NCBI GenBank assembly: GCA_946965045.2
Contig: OX337242.1
Coordinates: 1,736,001 to 1,800,000 of the forward strand
Length of the DNA stretch: 64,000 nucleotides
Reading direction: 5' to 3'
Source: Epithemia pelagica
Lineage: Eukaryota > Protista > Bacillariophyta
A program made the translations under genes and the position numbers. This document shows positions 1-13,161 of the stretch, piece by piece. Numbering within the stretch: position 1 is the first letter of the stretch; each line of letters starts with the position of its first letter. Below the pieces are notes generated by a model. The model made no database searches. It was not told the origin of the DNA and worked only from the letters and a program-made list of their open reading frames with translations.

Positions 1-324
1 TCGACTACTCCTACCGAAGCTTCTTCCGTGGCATAGTCTCAATACCTCTAGGTAGGTACAATAGTCCTTTCTTCCCCACTTTTCGTCATACAATAAATGC
101 GCGACCAGTACCCATTCTCTGGAAAAGATCACTGCAGACCAAAAATAAAGGGAGAGGTGTTGGTTGCCTCTCTGTTCATGTGTTGGTGCAACTTATCTTT
201 TTGGTTTTATCGGGTTTCGTATTGTCTCGCTCTGCTCGTGGTACGCACTAGCATCGTTGGTTGGGCTTTGGTTCCGAGGAGTTGTTGTGGCTTTGCATTC
301 TTCCACAACCAACAACACAAGGGC

Positions 325-3291
325 ATGTCCACAACGAGCCATCCTTCTTTGCCAGTGTCTCCCATTCTTCCACCCAACAACTCGAACGAAGTGACACCGT
401 CTGATTCCTCATCTCCCCCACCAACATTGATGGATACGACTGGAGCTGTCAATTGTACGGTTCCCAACACGACGCCCGCGACGACAGCATTCGAGGACCA
501 GATCACCAAGAACAACAACAACAACATGGTTGCGACCAAAGCAACGAGAATACAAGTCCGTAGGGCGGCAGGATCGCAATCGTTGGAGAAATTAAAGGCC
601 GTTCTAGCTACTGGATGGACACGAGAGGATTTAGATAACATGGCTCTCGAACCCAAGGCAAAAGAACAAACGAACGAGGAAGCCACACATTCTACTGCTT
701 CCACGGGGCCACCACCCTTTGCCACGACGATCAATGGCAAGACAGCCTTGCATATGGCCGCCTCGACAGGCCATTTGGACAATTTAAAATATTTGGTACA
801 AGACATGGGATGCAATGTCAATGTCATTGCCACTGGCATACATTCCTATGGCAAGACGGCCCTGTTTTTTGCCTGTACCAAAACTCGACCCCTTCATATG
901 CAGTTCTTGTTGGACCATGGCGCACAGGTCAAGATTGTCAACAACAAGGGGCAGTCTGTACGATCCTTGGCGTACTCGCATTTTGTGTTGAGCGACGATC
1001 AACCATCATCATCATCACTACAAACTGTCCACGATAGTATTGCTACGAGTCCTGACATGACCAAAACAAACATCTTGAACAAGACCATTTGGCAACGCAT
1101 TCAAGAATTAGAAGAGTCAGATCCGACTCCTTGGATCAACTACCGGACAACCCATTCCGATGGCTTGATCTATGGCGATTTGGATCCACGATTTGTGGAT
1201 CCCTCCGTGGTTGGGGTGTCGACATTGGAGAAGACACCCCACTGGCCCTATTCGCTTCATCCCACAACGCGTGAAACTCGTCGTGGGAATTTTGCTCGCA
1301 ACAATCCCAATTATGTGTCAAACGTCGACGCTGACGGTGATAGTACTACGAATAAATCTACCAAGAGCAAGAAACCGAAACCTCCTCCGCGAAGATTGAC
1401 CGAACAAGAACAAACCCAATTGGACGAATGGTGGCAGTCCCTTGCCACAGCTCTTTGCCATCGCAGACAAAACGCATCCGCAACAACCACAACCTTTGCA
1501 CAACTCAACCATCTAGATGCATCCGCTACCACAGAGACTAGCCCCTCTTCTTCTCCGGAAAGTGCGGAGAAACTCTTGCTTGACATTTTGACACTCTGCG
1601 ACCAACAAAACTATTCTTGGTTACCAGAGGTAGTGTCCAAACTGTGCACTCTTTGGACTCGATCCTATGATGACGACAAAAAGCATTCCTGGATACCAGA
1701 GGTATTGTCAAAACTGTGGACTCGACCATGTGAGGACGACGACAACAACAAAGACAATCGTCGATCCACAATCACTACCCAAACCGAAGAATTGATTGCG
1801 TGGCTCAAGACAATTCCGCCACAATCGTGTCGACAGCATGTTTTGCTATATAAATTAACCGAAACAATTTGGAGAATTGCAACCGACCCAGCCGTCGACG
1901 ATGACGACGACGACAACAACAACAACAACACGTCTAACTTATTGGCACCTTTACCAATGCTGAACAAAAAAGACTTTGTGGCGCCTCCATCTACCTCTGC
2001 GCAAGTCAATACCCACAAGGAGAAGAAGCCCAGCATGGCACGTCAATCCTTACAGACAGGCTTGTGGCCTCAAGCCTGTCGTGCAGTTCAAGGATTGTCC
2101 TTTGTCCATTCCCTCTCTCACAAACCGGCACCCGCCATTATCGAACTTCCCGAATGGATGGTTCAACGGCAACGATGGAAGCAAAAAAGGCTTCTACGAA
2201 AGCTGCAACCAAACGAACGACTCGAACAAGAAGCAAGTAACGGTACGAGCATTTCCGCTACTCCACAATCCAACAACTACTCCACCATGGCGTCCACGCC
2301 CGAATCATTGTCCACCACCACCACAACAACAACAACAACGACATCAATTGACACCAAGCAGCAGGAATCCGCCCTTCCTGTGCAAGAACCAGACACCACC
2401 ATCGAGGAGTACCAAACGGTGACACCGACGGGGCGAATCTTGAGTCTCTTGGCTCCACCTATATGGATTGATTCCATTGAGGGATTGGAGCAACTTCGAC
2501 AGACACTCGACTTACCGTCGACCTCTACCAGCACAAACATAAGTACGAATACCGCAAATCAGACCCCCGCCCGAATGATTGTAGCAATGGACACAGAATG
2601 GACCAGTCACACTGAAATACCAAAAGAAGTGTCGGTTTCCACTGTCCAACTCGCCATTGTCAAGCGAACAGCGAACGAAACGGAGGAAACACTTGTATTG
2701 AACCAACAACAACACGACATGCAACGTCCTGTTCTGGAAACATTTGTGGTGGACTTGTTGGTCGCCGAAAAAAACTCGGACTATCGGCGAGTCTGTCGTG
2801 AGTTGTTTTCCTCCTTGTTTGAAACTCATATTGTCTTGGGGTTTTCCTTTGGGAATGACATTCCCAAGTTACAACAAAGTTTGACTCGACCATCCGAAGA
2901 AGACAAGGAATCGCTGACCCTTGCTAAAGAAAATGTGTTGGATTTGCAACGGCTTTGGCCAAAGAAAGAACAACCGGGGTTGGCAAAGTGTGCTGGCTTG
3001 TATTGTAATAGGAACCAGAACGACAGAATCAGCGATGATGAGAACTCTATGACAGAAGAAGAACACAGTCCAACAAAAGACACCGAGGATGTCAATCGCG
3101 AGAAGGACAACGATGGAACGAGTCGCTTGATACGCTTGTCCAAAGACCAGCAGTGCTCTAATTGGAGACGACGACCCTTGCGACCCGAACAGCTGGAATA
3201 TGCTGCCTTGGATGCCGCAGTGCTTTTGGTTATCCTTGCCGAAAAGGCGCGATCAGACTGTGAGGAATCAAATAACAGCAGTATTCCATGA
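325..3291 (+). CDS. Ankyrin-repeat protein with C-terminal DEDDy 3'-5' exonuclease domain (MUT-7/EXD/WRN-exo-like)
   Basis: Ankyrin motifs GKTALHMAASTGHLDNLKYLV and GKTALFFAC...LLDHGAQV. Exonuclease motifs: ExoI IVAMDTEW, ExoII GFSFGND, ExoIII SNWRRRPLRPEQLEYAALDA. The ORF is open from 97; ATG 325 (MSTTSHP) is chosen as the more plausible start. Confidence 0.85.
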   Translation: MSTTSHPSLPVSPILPPNNSNEVTPSDSSSPPPTLMDTTGAVNCTVPNTTPATTAFEDQITKNNNNNMVATKATRIQVRRAAGSQSLEKLKAVLATGWTREDLDNMALEPKAKEQTNEEATHSTASTGPPPFATTINGKTALHMAASTGHLDNLKYLVQDMGCNVNVIATGIHSYGKTALFFACTKTRPLHMQFLLDHGAQVKIVNNKGQSVRSLAYSHFVLSDDQPSSSSLQTVHDSIATSPDMTKTNILNKTIWQRIQELEESDPTPWINYRTTHSDGLIYGDLDPRFVDPSVVGVSTLEKTPHWPYSLHPTTRETRRGNFARNNPNYVSNVDADGDSTTNKSTKSKKPKPPPRRLTEQEQTQLDEWWQSLATALCHRRQNASATTTTFAQLNHLDASATTETSPSSSPESAEKLLLDILTLCDQQNYSWLPEVVSKLCTLWTRSYDDDKKHSWIPEVLSKLWTRPCEDDDNNKDNRRSTITTQTEELIAWLKTIPPQSCRQHVLLYKLTETIWRIATDPAVDDDDDDNNNNNTSNLLAPLPMLNKKDFVAPPSTSAQVNTHKEKKPSMARQSLQTGLWPQACRAVQGLSFVHSLSHKPAPAIIELPEWMVQRQRWKQKRLLRKLQPNERLEQEASNGTSISATPQSNNYSTMASTPESLSTTTTTTTTTTSIDTKQQESALPVQEPDTTIEEYQTVTPTGRILSLLAPPIWIDSIEGLEQLRQTLDLPSTSTSTNISTNTANQTPARMIVAMDTEWTSHTEIPKEVSVSTVQLAIVKRTANETEETLVLNQQQHDMQRPVLETFVVDLLVAEKNSDYRRVCRELFSSLFETHIVLGFSFGNDIPKLQQSLTRPSEEDKESLTLAKENVLDLQRLWPKKEQPGLAKCAGLYCNRNQNDRISDDENSMTEEEHSPTKDTEDVNREKDNDGTSRLIRLSKDQQCSNWRRRPLRPEQLEYAALDAAVLLVILAEKARSDCEESNNSSIP

Positions 3292-3785
3292 ACATCAGAC
3301 AGATATCAAGGAAGTCTGGTGTATGGTGTCTCGTGGCAAGAGGGATAAGGAACATTATGTTCCAATTCAAGAAGAAGTATGGTTCGCTAATAAGGAAAGG
3401 ACTCTGCACGATCAACGCATTCATACAACCTTTGTTCCGTTTGTGATTTGAGGAGCAAAGGATTATGCTTTCTGCGTCCGGGACATCCCCTTAGACCGAG
3501 CGCTGACATTCTCAAGCCGTCAAGAACGGCCGCTCTGAATGTCTGAAATTGGTTTTCATGTGCAAAATACCCATAATTGTCGTGACTCTCACAGGACGAG
3601 ATAAATAAAGCAGGGGTAAAGGAAAATTGCTAGTATGTGATGAAATAGTTAATAGATTAGTGATAAATTAAACATGTAGAGGAATCGCATGAAACACTGG
3701 AAATCGAATCGAAACCAGGACAGATTTCGACGAGCCACTCAAAGACTGGAGATAAGATCATTCTTCGCCTCCTGCGTCATGATCT

Positions 3786-6700
3786 TTATGCCACTTGACG
3801 AATGGCGAAGTTGTCCACAAGCGCATCCATGGCGATCGGGAAGTTTCTAATTTGAATGACGGCTGATACTGGACCGTCCCACGTAGGCGTGGATGGGAGA
3901 GTCAACGTCGATCGGAACGCATTCCATCCCTCCGAATTCCAAGCAGAATTGACGTAGTCTCGAAGATCCTGGTCAACGATTGGCGTGCCATCAATTTTGT
4001 CAATTTTGACGCGGACTGCCGGACAAGCATCCTCGTGAATGGGCGCCAATGGATCGAGGTTGCAGGCCATTTGCTGTCCCGTGGCAGCGTCCAACACTTT
4101 AAATTCAGCCACAATTTCCAACAAAGAACCGGGCACAAGACATCGAGTATCCAAATAGGAAGCAGTAGTGTACCGTGGTCCATGTCCTGACCGCTCTCGA
4201 CCATGGACAAGCATTGCCCCCCATACATCGTCATATCCTGGAGTTGTCCATTCGACAGTTCCAGAACCTACAGGTGCCCAAAACGATGTAATTCCCATTC
4301 GCATATCTCCATTCACCAACATGTTGGTGCCGCATTCTTTGGGCTTGAAATGTACGGACACGGAACTCACATGATATTCAATGTCAGGATTGAGATTTTC
4401 GATCTGCATCGAAAGGTAGTCAGCTTGAGCCTGATCCTGCGTCGCGGTGAAAACACCATAGAGAGTACGACTGGACGATTGCGCATGAGGAGGATTTTCA
4501 AGAATCTGGCCAAAACGTATTCCTCCAACAGTAACCCCATTCTTTACGCGAACCAATTTCGCCACAGGACATTCCAGTCCATTATCGCTACCCATAGGGT
4601 CACAGTACACGATTTGGTCGTTTCGGAATAGGCTGAACTGAATGTGGACATCGTACAGCTCTCCGACCTCAAAACATTTCTTCTTTAAGAATACTCGCCC
4701 AGAAGTACCATTCGAAAGGACCAAGCTCGTTTTGCCTGAGCGACTCGACATCGACATTTCCGCAGCACTTTCGGACCAAAACTTGGCCGTTCCAAACGAA
4801 AAATCTCCATTCTCAACCAGGTTCCCACTACAAACATTATCGACTGGCATGAGAGTCATGGAAACGTCGTCCAGCACCATTGAAACGTCATCGCGGTTCC
4901 GTCTAACAGCAAATTCGACCTTATCACTTCCACTCAGCTCTTCATCCATGGCAAGAACCCCGTGGAGCAAGTGAAAGTCTCCATGCAAAGTCTGGGGCAC
5001 AACGCTTGCCACTGCCGGAAGTGTCCTTGAATCCGTCGAAATTCGAACTTCGGGGCACCCTAGCCCATCCATACCACACCTAATGGGTGATCCTCGTTCA
5101 TCAACTAGTTTCACCCATGCTTGAATCTCGTAGAAGCGGCCATGAGACAATGGCAAACAGCGGGAGTCCAAGAATTGAGATATTGTGTCACGGATAGTTT
5201 GTGCAGGTGCATCAGAAAGCGCAGTAGACCCATCAATTCCCACACCGGATACAAGTGCCAGTCCTCCGGACCTTTCCAACCAACCATCCAAGGATTCCGA
5301 ATTCCCATTCCTGATCAAGTCGTGGCACCCTAACTCGTCGACGGTTGGGATGCCGAGTTGAATATCGCCTTCATTGAAGCCACCCACGCACAAATTTGGT
5401 TGGATGGCTTCGATGACAAACGTGGGCCACACTTCCTGGCCTGATTTCGCATCGACAAAAGAAACATCGTACGATCCTTGGGGGAGATGGGCGTTGTAGA
5501 CACGAAGATTATCGGCGCTTGTGGAATCTGATTCAGGATTGGTGTACCCTTGGATCAGATCGCAAACTGATCCTGTGTTCTGGCACACCTGTAGCATGAA
5601 GTCCTTGGTTGCTGATGGATCAGTTTCAAAACGTATGGTTCGAAAACATGACTCACAGTAAGCAAAACAACCTCCGTTCTGGGACTGGCAACTTAAGGGA
5701 TGGACGAACGTCATCAGCGCCGGGCTGACAAACGAGCCAGGTTCATTGCCATTTGAATTGAAACTGCCGTCTTTGTCGACCATGTACCCCTGAACATTTT
5801 GATTTACCGCAGGGCAGAAATCAAAGATTGCCATCTGGTCAACAATCTGAACTTGCTCAAAAGTCGTGATGTAGTCAAATACGCCCAGTCTCGTCTGGAA
5901 ACACACAATGTGAGAAGACGCAAATTTGCATCGATACTTTATATCAACCATATGGCACTTACATCATCGTCAAGCTTGACATGTGCTACATGGCCACATG
6001 TCCCGTAATCAAAGCCCGCAAATGTGGTATTGGACACAACCGCACCATTTTTCCCGGCCCGACGAACAAAGGTGTGCATTTCAATGCCAACCAATTCATC
6101 CTGGAAGCTACAGACCGACGGTGAACCTTGAAGCGTGACAATATCTCTGTAGAGACTTGTCTGACCAACAATTGTTACATTTTTCAATTCGATGTCATCA
6201 GCTTGGTCCAGATCAATAGCCACCCCATTATCGGCGAAAACACTGTTCACAATATCAATGTTGTCAGTCTGGTGAAAGAACAAGCCTTTGTTGCTGTTTT
6301 TGTACGAAAGAAATCCTATGAAACTCGCTTTCTCGTCTGGAATGAATCCATGTGGATAAGTACGCAGGCCCCTCTGTCAAGGTGGAATTTTGTAAGAAGT
6401 AAACCTCTTTCACCTTTTGCCTGCGATATACAAACTTACATCCCGGTTACTGTGGGCCACATTGTCTTGAAACTGCCCCAACGGCGAAAATTTGGGGTTG
6501 AGATCGGGATACATGCTTGCTTTATTGCCTCTCAAGGACAACTCAAACCAGAAACCTGAGCCCTCGGAACCTGCTGCAACATTTCCCACAAATTTATTCG
6601 TTGGATTTGAAATCCAGAACGTGGCAGGGGTCTGAACAACACAGAAAAAATGATGTGTTGAGTAAAGAGTTAAGCAGCATCACCGAGGCAAAGCAACCAC

Positions 6701-9255
6701 TGAAACATACCGCATCAGACTCCCTTCCATTAAAACCGTTATCGGGAATAACATTCTCGACTGCCCCGGTAGCTGCGCCGAGATTTCTCACGAAGGAATT
6801 ACCAACTTCCATTCCGTCTTCTAGAATGATTCCGTGACCTTTGGTATTGAAAACAACATTCTCTTCAACCAGCACGTTATCCGTTCCGTGAATAACGATA
6901 GCACGTTGGTTTGAATCTCTCACCGTATTTTTGGAAACTATGGAACCAGTGTTGTCACCACAAAAATGGAAGTGGATTGGGTATCGCCCCAGCGTACCTT
7001 GTTGACCGAAATTTTTAACCTCGAGACCCTCAATGACCTGGGAAACCAAGGGTGTGTGTATGAACCAAAAATGGCCTCCATGCAAGGGATTCGAGTCGGG
7101 TCCACCTTCAAACACGACGTTCCTTGATAGAAGTGCAACTTCGACCGCAAATCTAGAGTCGTCGAGAAGTGTTGTTGGACGCGGAATTGCCGAGTCCAGC
7201 TTGAGCTGCACATGATTGGGATTGCTATGTGCCGAGATCCCTTCGATTTTTCGAACCTGGTGTCCGTCCCACTTGGTCGTATGACTCGTAATCAAGACTT
7301 CTGCGCCGGGTGCCCATTTACCCTCAACTGACTTGTCCACGACAAGAACGTTGGGATCGTTTCCAGTCACAACCAAGGAAATATTGTCAACCTCATAGTC
7401 CATTCCCGCAGTTCCACCAAGTTCAACTTGAACCTTACTGACTGAACTTCCGCTAAATCCGGAAGGAAGAATCACGTCACCTGTGCATGTAATCCATTCA
7501 CGGCCTTCAACAGCCACACAGTCAGCTAGAGGTACTGCAATGGCTTCTCCAGATGTTTGTTCAGCTCTCAGACGGGGCATCAGCACAAAAGACCCCGACG
7601 TTATACCAATTGAAAGGCGAACATCAATTGAAAATCTGTTTACGAAAATGAATGAGATTGAAAATCCAAAAAGAAGAGAAAAAAATTTCCGACGTACCGT
7701 AGATTGGCTCCCTCGTTGGTACACCTAGGGTCCAGATCCCATGCAAGACCGCACTTTTCTCTGTCCCTACGACCACGAACTGAGAAGAAATGGTTTCCGG
7801 TCACAACTGGATCTTCCTCAACTGAGGTCAAAAGCCAAGAATGCGTTGGGTAGAACGGAAATGGACTGTAGGTACCATGCTCGGCGTTTGCGGATGGAGC
7901 CACCAAAGAATCGCAACGGTTTTGTTGAGAAGAAGGGTAGAGGTTTTCGGGTGGGAGATAAAGATTCAGTTCTTTTATTTCCATATCTTCATTCAAACCC
8001 AATCCAACAAAGCGAATAATCTGGTAGACATTGGTTTCATCAAGCTGAACAGCAGAAAAAGTAACCTCTGTTGCAATCGTAAGCACGTCGCCATATTTGG
8101 TTCCCAATACATGAGATTCCTTCCACAAAACTGATCTTTGCCGCGTAGAGTCCGCTGTCATGTGTTCATGTTCCACGGCCAAGCAGTTGTCACCACTCGA
8201 GTTACATAAAGTGGGGTTACCAACATCCTGGGCCGATTTCGATACGCCAACTCGAGCTGTCAGTAGATACGTGCGATCAATTTCGATGCAGTGATGAAAG
8301 GCTTTCAAATCCAAACGTGCCCCATGCAAGCGCGAGGTCCTTTCGTAGACTTTGAATCCTGTTGCAGAGCATTCAAACATGGAGCCAGGGTTGCCATCGA
8401 ACTCAGGGCTTTGGCAGCGGTCTTGGTTGAAAATCCTCTCAAAGTACGCACCATCGGCGCTACAGCCGGTGTCCGAAGGCGGCGGGACGTAGGGATTAAA
8501 CTCTGGTCCTGCGAAAAGATTGGAATCAGGAACGTAATCAACATCATGCAACTTCACCCATGAGGGCGTGTCGTCGGGAATTCCCTTAACTAATAATGAG
8601 AGAACAAAATGAGATGTGGCTTCGATCTGGAGTATTCACACAACAAGCATTCCCTCCGACTGTTCGTACCTCTCACCCTGCCTCCAGCGACAACAATAGA
8701 CTTCTTTCCTGCCTTGCAAAGGTCACCGTGGTTACAATTCATGGCATTCTCTTCGATTGGTTCGAAGAATTGATCCGAGTCACCAGTTGTAATAATTTTA
8801 ACGGCTGGTGTACCATCCACAGCCTTTCGGGAACGTACAATAAACTCTCCTTGAACGGCAACCATGGTAGTATTGATGGTTATATCAGTACCATGGTTGA
8901 TCTCCAGTCGACCACGAATGTCGATTCCATCCTGAAGAACAAGTTCAGGGCCTTCAAAGTCCATTTCCACACATTCTCCACAATTCACAATGACTCTATC
9001 TTGGTGGACTGCCTGGGTTCCAAACCTGGTGGACCACTTGGTGCACGGAACCCTTCCAACACCTGCATTGCACGCCAATGGCATAAAGTCCTCCATGTGA
9101 AGCTGTCGCGACACAGACGAGGCATGACGATGGTGATCTCCTGGCAACAAGGGAGCGACGGATGATAATCCACGAAAGGAGGCACAGTGTCCAAACTGCA
9201 TCCCATCCTGCGGAACCAACAGCACCACAAGAGCAGTGGCAATCGAGAGTTTCAT
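3786..9255 (-). CDS. Secreted multi-exon G8-domain / parallel beta-helix protein (TMEM2/CEMIP/fibrocystin-like) with several CBM4/9-like carbohydrate-binding modules
   Basis: Signal peptide MKLSIATALVVLLV. G8 region in exon 1. Motifs GRYPIHFHFCGD, SNQRAIVIHGT, KGHGIILEDG and FWISNPTNKFVGNVAAGSEGSGFWFEL. Repeated C-terminal NL(I/V)xNGD(F/M) modules. Frame-consistent GT-AG introns traced at 8590-8669, 7636-7697 and 6632-6710; further introns lie between ~5950 and 6450. Confidence 0.85.
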
Positions 9256-9799
9256 TTTTTTCTTTCAAAATCAGTTTATCGGCGGTTCTTCAACGATTTG
9301 GAATTTCCCAGCTTTTGATTTTATGAGGAATGTTTCAAACCGATTCATCTTCCGTTGACACAAACAATTCATCAGTTGTGACTTTTCTTACATGTGACTT
9401 TGTTGGCTGGGCCTCATGCCTGCAATGGGATCTCAGTCATTATACGACTCCAATGATCCACATAATCATATGCACCTCCACGCTTGGGACAGGCCCGATA
9501 CTCCGTCTTGGGTGTCTCGGAATGACAGTGTCACTGGTTTCTTTCTCTTTGACAGTGGTCTTGACCGCGGAGAGAAAACGACCTAAGTATCCTTCGGGAT
9601 TATCGGGTTTCGCGAATAAATTGAGAAAACAAAACGGACGCATCCCGGTTGGATCCCAGATTCAATGACTCTGTCAACTCCAAGCGCTATTTTACTACAA
9701 CTGCAGAGCCCTCGGTCGGAGCAGGAGGTTGGTTCCAGTCTGAAGCAAAGAGCAGGGAACTGGAAAACTTGAACGTTCCCAACCAACTTTTGTGTAAGC

Positions 9800-12661
9800 T
9801 CAGGACCATTGTCCCGGGAGTCCTTCGAGTTTGCGTCTCCGTCGTGCCGCTTCGGTTCGGAAAAAGTGTCGGTCCCACAGGGCCTTTTTCCAATACATGA
9901 CGGAGAGCCAGAGTTGGACCCATCGCGATCGACGGGCGTTGGGTTTGGGAACGCCCGTGTGGGTGTAACACAGTCTTCGGTAGGACTCCAACAACGGACG
10001 CGCGGCATCCAGCACATTGTAGGTGGGAAAGGTTTGGCGGGCCAGGCTTTCAATACACAAGACATTGACCACCAAGGTGGCATAATTCGCGTCGATTCGT
10101 ATTTGATACTTTCGAATCAAACCTGGAGAAAGAGAGAAAGAGAAACGAGAAAGCAAACGGAGTGAGCCAAACAGGGGTCTCCTCGAGACGGACATCTCCC
10201 GCAATCGTGACACACACACACACGTACCCAACACTCCGCGAAGGACTTCTCCGACATCGACATTGGTACCATATCCCCGACAGGTGTGTTGAAAGAGGAG
10301 TTGCATGTCGTCGGTAAAGGCTTGTCGGTCGGCGGGAGAAATCCCGTGGTGATTTTCGCGGGAAAACAAGAGGGCAAACTGTGCCGCTTCTCGACCATTT
10401 CCCGATCCCAAACACGACAAGAGTCCAATAAAGACGGAACCTTCTTCGTCCGTCAATTGGGCCACCATTCCGGCATCGACCAAGGTTACCATCATGCCAT
10501 TCTTGCTGGGTCGTCGTCGTCTCCAATGAGGTGGATCCACGACGGCCACGGCCGTTTTACTCGACTCCTTGTTGTGTTGGTGATTGTGATGAAACAAATC
10601 CAACATGATGTTGCCTGATAATCATAGAGAATAACAACAATAATAGTGTCACCACACACAAACTGAGACACGCGTCGTCAACCGTCGTGCTGATCGATTG
10701 TGTTTCCTTGTACGTACCGGGATGCAAATCGGCATGCATGAGATTGTCCACGAGGAGCATTTTCAAGTAAATGCCCACACCGGTCGTGACAATAAAGCGT
10801 GCGACCTCCAAGGGTACCAATTCATGTCCTTGAACATGGGCGGCTGCTTGCGCCATGGCGGCCGTCCATTCGGGCGTCGAATCGTTGGGTTCCTGGACGG
10901 TATAGGCGTCCGGGTCGTCGGGGTGGTGGTCGTCCACTTGCACAATGGTGGGACGACGACTCCAGGGCCAGGATCGTTGTTGTCTTCGTTTTGGATGGGC
11001 CGTGGCGCGTTGTTGCAATTGTTGGGCTTGCACTTGATACTCCTTCAGACACTGGTGACAATGCGTCCCGCTTCAAAGGTTTCAATAATGACCGCGTCCA
11101 AGGCAAAAATGGGATGGGGAAAGTTAACTTGCGGCCAGGCGGCAAAATTGTTATTGAGCAATTCCAAATGATGCGCTTCCACATGCAAATCGGCTTGGGC
11201 AGCCATGGTACTGGAAAATTGATCGACACTTTCCCGCAAGCGCAACCACCGGAGGCCAGGTACCAGACGATCGACCCAGGTGGCCGTCACGGCCATGAGA
11301 CAAAAATCCAATTGCAACAATTCGGCGACGCGGGGATGTCGAATTTTGAGCGCGACCCATTCTTGATTCAACACGGCCCGATGGACTTGGGCAATGGATC
11401 CGGAGGCCAAGGGTTGTGGATCGACCACGTCAAAGACGAGCGGCAAGGTATTGGGGGCCAACTGGAGGGCCTGTTCCAATTCCGATTGGGACCGTTTCCA
11501 GTCATGAGCCGGTGCTTCATTGTGCAATTGACTGAGGGCTTGACAAAAAACGTCGGGAAACATGTCGTTCCGGGTCGATGTCCATTGTCCCCATTTGATA
11601 AAGGCCGCGCCGGAATGGGCCAAACACTGAGTCACCCACGGATACCAACACTGTCGACGAAAGGGTGGACACCAATAGGCCAACCCCACCGTCGACCAGG
11701 CGGGAAAAAATCGCCACGTCAAGGTTACGGCCCGACAGGCCAGTTGCCACACCGACGGCGGTTGCAGACTGCCGGTTTGCCGTTCCTTGTGGAACTGTTG
11801 GGTGAAATTGGAGGAAAAGGGCAAATCTTCCAAATGCAATTGGTCGCGATTGGCCGGAAAGGGATCGTTGGATTTCTTGTTCGGGGAGTGTCTTGTGGGG
11901 GGACTCTCGACTTGTTCCGTGTCGTCGACGGAGGGTTGTGGCACGGCAACGCCATGCGCCGACACGACCGAGGGTTGCTTGTGTTTGTTTTGGCGTTGCA
12001 TCCAGGCGGCGACACGTTTTCCGCGATGTCCCTTGTGCACGTGCTCCAATCGACGGGCCAAAATGTCTTGGACGGCTCGTGCTTGTGCCACGGCTTGCGG
12101 AGACACCGAGGACAACACTGTAGAAGTAGTTGCATCCTGTTGGGTCATGTCGTCATTGTCCTGTTGTCCTCCTCCTCCTCGAAGACCCATTCGTAGAGGG
12201 TGCCGCTGCCATGACAGTGCCTTGTGGTGGTTGTGGTTGTTTGGTGGGAGTGGATGCTGGAGCCGTCTCGCGTCGTGGGTGGACGGAAGGACGGCACCAC
12301 CATCGTTTGGAAAAAGTGAAAGGAGAACTTGTCTGGTTGTGGTACGACACGGCTGGAATACGGACCCTTGCCCTGCAACAAACTCATTCTGGGTTACCAA
12401 CTGTCTCTCCAATGGTCGTTGTTGTGATGGTGGTTCGTTTGTCACTGGTAACGTGGTCCCTCTGAATGTTGCTGTTGTTGTTGTTGCTGTTGTTTGGGTT
12501 CCAAGAGTTGAATCCAGGAGTGTCGTCGTCGTCGTTGCAGTGGCAGCCACCCGCAGATCTACCACCACCAACAGCACACAGACCACCACCCAAACGAGCC
12601 ACTGTCGTTCGCGGGGTGGTGGGAACCGACTACTGCAGCGCTGGATTGTGTGTTGCACCAT
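9800..12661 (-). CDS. ABC1/UbiB (AarF/ADCK) atypical protein kinase, multi-exon, with a 1-nt frameshift at ~11046
   Basis: Motifs AAFIKWGQWTSTRNDMFP, LASGSIAQVHRA, VALKIRHP, MHADLHPG(N) and LVDAGMV are spread over ORFs 11045-12661, 10557-11033 and 9800-10606. The start codon is uncertain. Confidence 0.85.
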
Positions 12662-13161
12662 GTTGCTGCTCTGGTCGTTTGTTGTGTTGGTCTGTTGGCT
12701 CCTTTTTCTCTTTGTCGCAGACCAAAAGCAACGTATTAGGAGTATCTCCTCTATGGATATATTCTAGATCGTCCTCCAAAAGCTGCACGCAGCGAAAGAA
12801 AGTGCCAATGCAAGGAACGTGGATCTTCCGACCCAAACTCCAGCCGCATTGCCATCTGAATACTACTTAGCAGTTTTGGATTCTAAACGGATTAAATATA
12901 TTGGAAGCGTTTATTCGAAAGAAACGTTCAGGATTGTATAATCACAACTCAGAGCGAAAATAAAGATACATTCATAGTATATTATTATGACATTTATATC
13001 AGAACGCTTCGAAGAACCGGCAGTCCAGACCGTGACTGACGTCAGAACTGGATCTTTTTTGGTTTGTGTTGACTCTCTCTCTTTTGTTGTGTTCACAAAA
13101 GAACCATAGACAATTCATCATCTCGTTGGAATCTGGACGTAGTACCTTCTTGTCTGACACC

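Noticed and set aside
10799-12196. 465-aa plus-strand ORF and other long overlapping ORFs
   Set aside because: Antisense shadows of the ABC1 kinase; the same applies to the many short ORFs opposite SHPRH, the transposase and pol.
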